A DNA stretch of 51,464 nt, from NCBI RefSeq assembly GCF_004010195.1, contig NW_025214806.1:1-51464 (forward strand), in the 5' to 3' direction. Positions 47,294 to 51,464 of this stretch are shown piece by piece (the first letter of the stretch is position 1; every line of letters starts with the position of its first letter). The DNA comes from Chiloscyllium plagiosum. Its lineage: Eukaryota. A program made the position numbers and the translations under genes. The notes beneath the pieces were generated by a model that saw only the letters and a list, made by a program, of their open reading frames with translations, did not search any database and was not told the DNA's origin.

Positions 47294-49383
47294 ACTAAGA
47301 TGACCAGTGGATAGGTCACCAGGAGATTTCCCTTGCTCTTCAAATAATTTCATGGGTTTTTTTTCAAATCATCTGAAAGGAAGTATCAATAGTGCTGTAC
47401 TCAAATTGTGTATCGAGATGTCAGCCTATTCTCATGTCCCATGAGTAGGGCTTGATTTCTTGGCATTCTATCTCAGAGGTCTAAGTGCTAATCTTGAACT
47501 AATGCTACCAATCGCATTATGGAAAGAGACTGTTCTATTATAGTGCAACATGAAATAGCAACAGCAGCTACAAATAAAAATAATTCACTAATCCTAACAA
47601 CTGGGCAAAAGGAACTTTCAAAATCATTGACACTTGCCTGTGAAGGATGAGTCAGTATGTATGGTCCAGATTGAAATAATTGTTTAGATTTTTTTCTCAC
47701 ATTGTTCTGCTGGCCACAGCATATCCAGCAAGAATTGACAATAACATCAAATACAAGACATAACTGGTGCCAACCTTATTAAAGAAATCCCCAGTGTATC
47801 CTATATTAGGGCAGTATCTTTATGCTGGTCCCTGTACTTTATTAGTCTTTCCAAATGGGACTTCACTGGGTGGAAAAGACACTTTTTGACACAGGGTCAC
47901 GATGGCCATTGTAAAGTGCTTCAGTGTTATTGATTTTAATTTGTACTTCAATTTGTAATTGAGATGTTTCCCAGGACTACCACTAGTGCGCATCCAAGTA
48001 TTACCCACTAAATTTACAGCATTAATTACTTTCTGTACTCAATGTTGCTCATGTTATATTTGTGCATTGTATCATTATATGTACATTGTCAATAAACTGT
48101 TGCTAATATCCTCAAATCATAACATAGGTCTGTTGGAATATCAGTTACCAATTGTCTTGAAACACTTAACCAGCTCGCAACTTAAAATGGTCATGATTCC
48201 CAGTTCACCTGAAATATTCACTCGTAGAACCCTTGGTTTCTGACAGCAACTCTCCCACTANNNNNNNNNNNNNNNNNNNNNNNNNNNNNNNNNNNNNNNN
48301 NNNNNNNNNNNNNNNNNNNNNNNNNNNNNNNNNNNNNNNNNNNNNNNNNNNNNNNNNNNNNNNNNNNNNNNNNNNNNNNNNNNNNTGAATAGGAAGGGTT
48401 TAGAGGGATATGGGCCAGGTGCTGGCAAGCAGTACTCGATTAGGTTGGGATATCTGGTCAGCATGGACGAGTTGGACCAAAGGGTCTGCTTCCATGCTGT
48501 TCATCTCTATGACTCTATGACTAAGATGACCAGTGGATAGGTCACCAGGAGAATTCCCTTGCTCTTCAAATAATTTCATGAGTTTTTTTTTCAAATCATC
48601 TGAAAGGAAGTATCAATAGTGCTGTACTCAAATTGTGTATCGAGATGTCAGCCTATTCTCATGTCCCATGAGTAGGGCTTGATTTCTTGGCATTCTATCT
48701 CAGAGGTCTAAGTGCTAATCTTGAACTAATGCTACCAATCGCATTATGGAAAGAGACAGTTCTATTGCAGTGCAACATGAAATAGCAACAGCAGCTACAA
48801 ATAAAAATAATTCACTAATCCTAACAACTGGGCAAAAGGAACTTTCAAAATCATTGACACTTGCCTGTGAAGGATGAGTCAGTATGTCTGGTCCAGATTG
48901 AAGTAATTGTTTAGATTTTTTTCTCACATTGTTCTGCTGGCCACAGCATATCCAGCAAGAATTGACAATAACATCAAATACAAGACATAACTGGTGCCAA
49001 CCTTATTAAAGAAATCCCCAGTGTATCCTATATTAGGGCAGTATCTTTATGCTAGTCCCTGTACTTTATTAGTCTTTCCAAATGGGACTTCACTGGGTGG
49101 AAAAGACACTTGTTGACATTGAAGCACTTTACAATGGTCATCGTGACCCTGTGTTATTGATTTTAATTTGTACTTCAATTTGTAATTGAGATGTTTCCCA
49201 GGACTACTACTAGTGCGCATCCAAGTATTACCCACTAAATTTACAGCATTAATTACTTTCTGTACTCAATGTTGCTCATGTTATATTTGTGCATTGTATC
49301 ATTATCTATACATTGTCAATAAACTGTTGCTAATATCCTCAAATCATAACATAGGTCTGTTGGAATATCAGTTACCAATTGTC
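47160..49383. repeat. ~1-kb direct duplication (47160-48156 vs 48386-49383) flanking a 125-N gap at 48261-48385
   Basis: The two copies align almost base for base, with scattered substitutions and one 33-bp inversion. Confidence 0.95.
47295..47492 (-). mobile_element. Old SINE remnant, possibly DeuSINE (AmnSINE1/SacSINE1-like)
   Basis: cccttgctcttcaaataatttcatggg..gatgtcagcct..gggcttga..ctcagagg..gtgcta resembles a reverse-oriented Deu-domain SINE (from memory); duplicated at ~48522-48720. Confidence 0.4.
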
Positions 49384-49711
49384 AGTTACCAAGTGAATGT
49401 TTCACCACACAGACACACATTGATCACTGAAGAAAATCTGGCCATCTGCAATATCATTTCCCAAGAATTGATCTTGAAGAATATACTGTCTACTTGGAAA
49501 GGCTTCATGTAAGAACTGTGAAAGGACTGTTCATTTTAACACTTACTCGTTTTGGAGTATAGTAAGCCAAAACACCTCGTGGTCACATTGACGCTATCTT
49601 ACGTGCTTGACATCGAAATGACTAAGATTCCCTGACAGAATGTCTTATAGAAGTGCTCAAGCTGTTAAATGACTTGGCTCTTTCAGTAAAACACGGGTGT
49701 TCAATTCCCAG

Positions 49712-49812
49712 TACGTAGACAGGCAGGAGGCTGAAAGAAGAACACAGCAAGCCAGGCAGCATCAGGAGGTGTAGGAGTTGACTTTTCGGATGTAACCCTT
49801 CTTCAGGACTAG
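49712..49812 (-). mobile_element. 101-bp Penelope-pLTR-like insertion with mutated minimal hammerhead and 8-bp TSD
   Basis: Minus strand AGTC-CTGAAGA-A-GGGT(TAC)ATCC-GAAAA-GTC-AACT; ATTCCCAG at 49704-49711 and 49813-49820; related to 44838-45030. Confidence 0.65.
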
Positions 49813-50479
49813 ATTCCCAGGACATGTCATACTGGGTTGACGCCCAGATACCCAACAACACCAGACATGAAAAATAGAGTGCACATAAATATGATTTTAA
49901 TTTGAATAACATTTTTATTTCCATTAAAGTTTTCTCCTCCTCATTTGTCCATTCTTCATCTTTCTGACAGGACCAAGATGGATTGCAACACACGTCCTGC
50001 ATTCCACTCCCATTTGAATTGTAAAGTGACCTTTTCTGTGTATATTAAAGTTCAATGTATAATTGAATAAAAGAACAGACTCAGATATTGCAACATAAAA
50101 CCCCGAGTCAAGTGTAACAATCGGAAAAGACCTTAAATGGCTTGCCAATTTCCTTCTTTTGAAACAGGCTCATTTTCACCTATCACAATTTAAACCTTAT
50201 TTAGATACGTTTTCTCTAGAGAGAAACAATACGAATATCACAGCAATGTATTAAAATGTTCCAATGAATATTCCATGAGAAGTGAACGGAAATGGATAAA
50301 TATGCTAGTCTAGTTTACTACATTTTCATCATGAGAACAAAAATGTTCCCTTAAACAATTAAATGTGCAATCTGATTATCAGGATTGACTACACCTTTGG
50401 AAGCTCACTCATAGGTAATAATAGATTTCCTGTATACACCTACAACCTTTCACTCTTCATTTTGGTAGGGCAAATCAGG

Positions 50480-50860
50480 GCATAGTGCATATACTTAATA
50501 GTAAGGTCCTGGGGCGAGTTGCTGAACAAAGAGCGCAGGTTCAAAATTCCTTGAAAGTGGAGTCACACGTAGACAGGGTAGTGAAGGCAGTGTAAGCTAC
50601 AGTTGTCTTTATCGGTCCACGCATTGATTGTAGGAGTGGGGAGGTCATGTTGCTGCTATACAGACATTGGTTAAGCCATTTTGGAATACCGCATTCCATT
50701 CTCATCCCTGAGCTATAGGAAAGACGTTGTTAAACTTGAAAGGCTGTTGTCAGGGTTGAACTGTTTGAGCTATAGGGAGAGACTGAATCGACTGGGGCTA
50801 TTTTCCCTGCAGGCTGAGGGCTGACCTGAAAGAGGTTTATGAAATTATGAGGGCATGTAT
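50480..50860 (+). mobile_element. CR1 ORF2 C-terminal fragment
   Basis: Collinear with 46503-46910 (gtaaggtcctgggg..gtaggagtggggaggtcatg..gaggtttatgaaattatg). Confidence 0.85.
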
Positions 50861-51464
50861 CATCTTAAAAACAACAGCATGTATTGCCTTGCAATATTTT
50901 ATCATTTTAGCTGTATAACAACTCCTTTAAATGTGATATTGAATGCACATTCTGATGAAGTGAATGCACTTTTGATAAAACATGGGAAAAAAATCAACAA
51001 TCTGAAGAATTGTGGACTCATTTAGAAATCCCAAGACCAGATATGTTACTAAAAGCCTATTATTTCATTTAAAGAGTGCCTTTGTCTCAGCTATTTTAGG
51101 AAAGTAAAACGTAATTTGTTTCTCTGAATATTAACAACAGACTGGGTATCCAAATGTCTACAAATGCTGGTAATGCAGGTAAGAGTTATGTCACCATCAT
51201 CTTACCAGACCGTAGGGGCTGCTCTCACATTAGAGAGAGAAGTGATTGGTGGTGATTTTAACCATAGGACCACCAAAAAGGGATATCAGGCATGGTGAGA
51301 AATTGACTGATCTGATAATATCCATTTTATGAACAGAGTAATTGCATGTTTCTGTTTCCAGAATAACTCATCAGCGATTCTCAACTGCAAAATGAGGCAT
51401 TCAAGGACAAACAAAAGTCAAAAGAATAATTAAAATTGCCTCTGTCTTTTTATAACACAAAATG

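Noticed and set aside
49622..50002. 126-aa minus-strand ORF as a gene
   Set aside because: It reads through the 101-bp TSD-flanked insertion. Removing the insertion breaks the frame, and no domain is recognisable.

Overview
Eukaryotic genomic DNA, almost certainly from a cartilaginous fish (elasmobranch), judged by V-SINE/HE1-like SINEs, abundant CR1 (HER1-like) LINEs and Penelope-like elements. The only confidently recognisable host coding sequence is one 66-nt kinase-domain exon of a MARK/PAR-1 gene at 52-117. Bases ~1430-20610 form a GC-rich, simple-repeat-dense block with CT/CA microsatellites, a TSD-flanked Tx1-like 3' end, a compound minisatellite and a ~13-kb satellite built from a 20-bp unit. 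That satellite accounts for nearly all the long ORFs in the track. The rest is AT-rich and contains a CpG-rich promoter-like segment (~21.2-21.7 kb), many nested CR1 fragments, SINEs, and Penelope-like pieces carrying one core-intact and several decayed minimal hammerhead ribozymes. It also holds an unidentified stop-poor, possibly pseudogenic stretch (30.5-34.2 kb) and a ~1-kb gap-flanking duplication whose copies differ by a 33-bp microinversion. There are four N gaps. I found no clear evidence of a new multi-gene system. The best leads are the hammerhead-bearing Penelope derivatives, the 20-bp satellite and the unidentified decayed coding-like region. All family assignments come from motif recognition by eye, not database searches, and many repeat boundaries are approximate.
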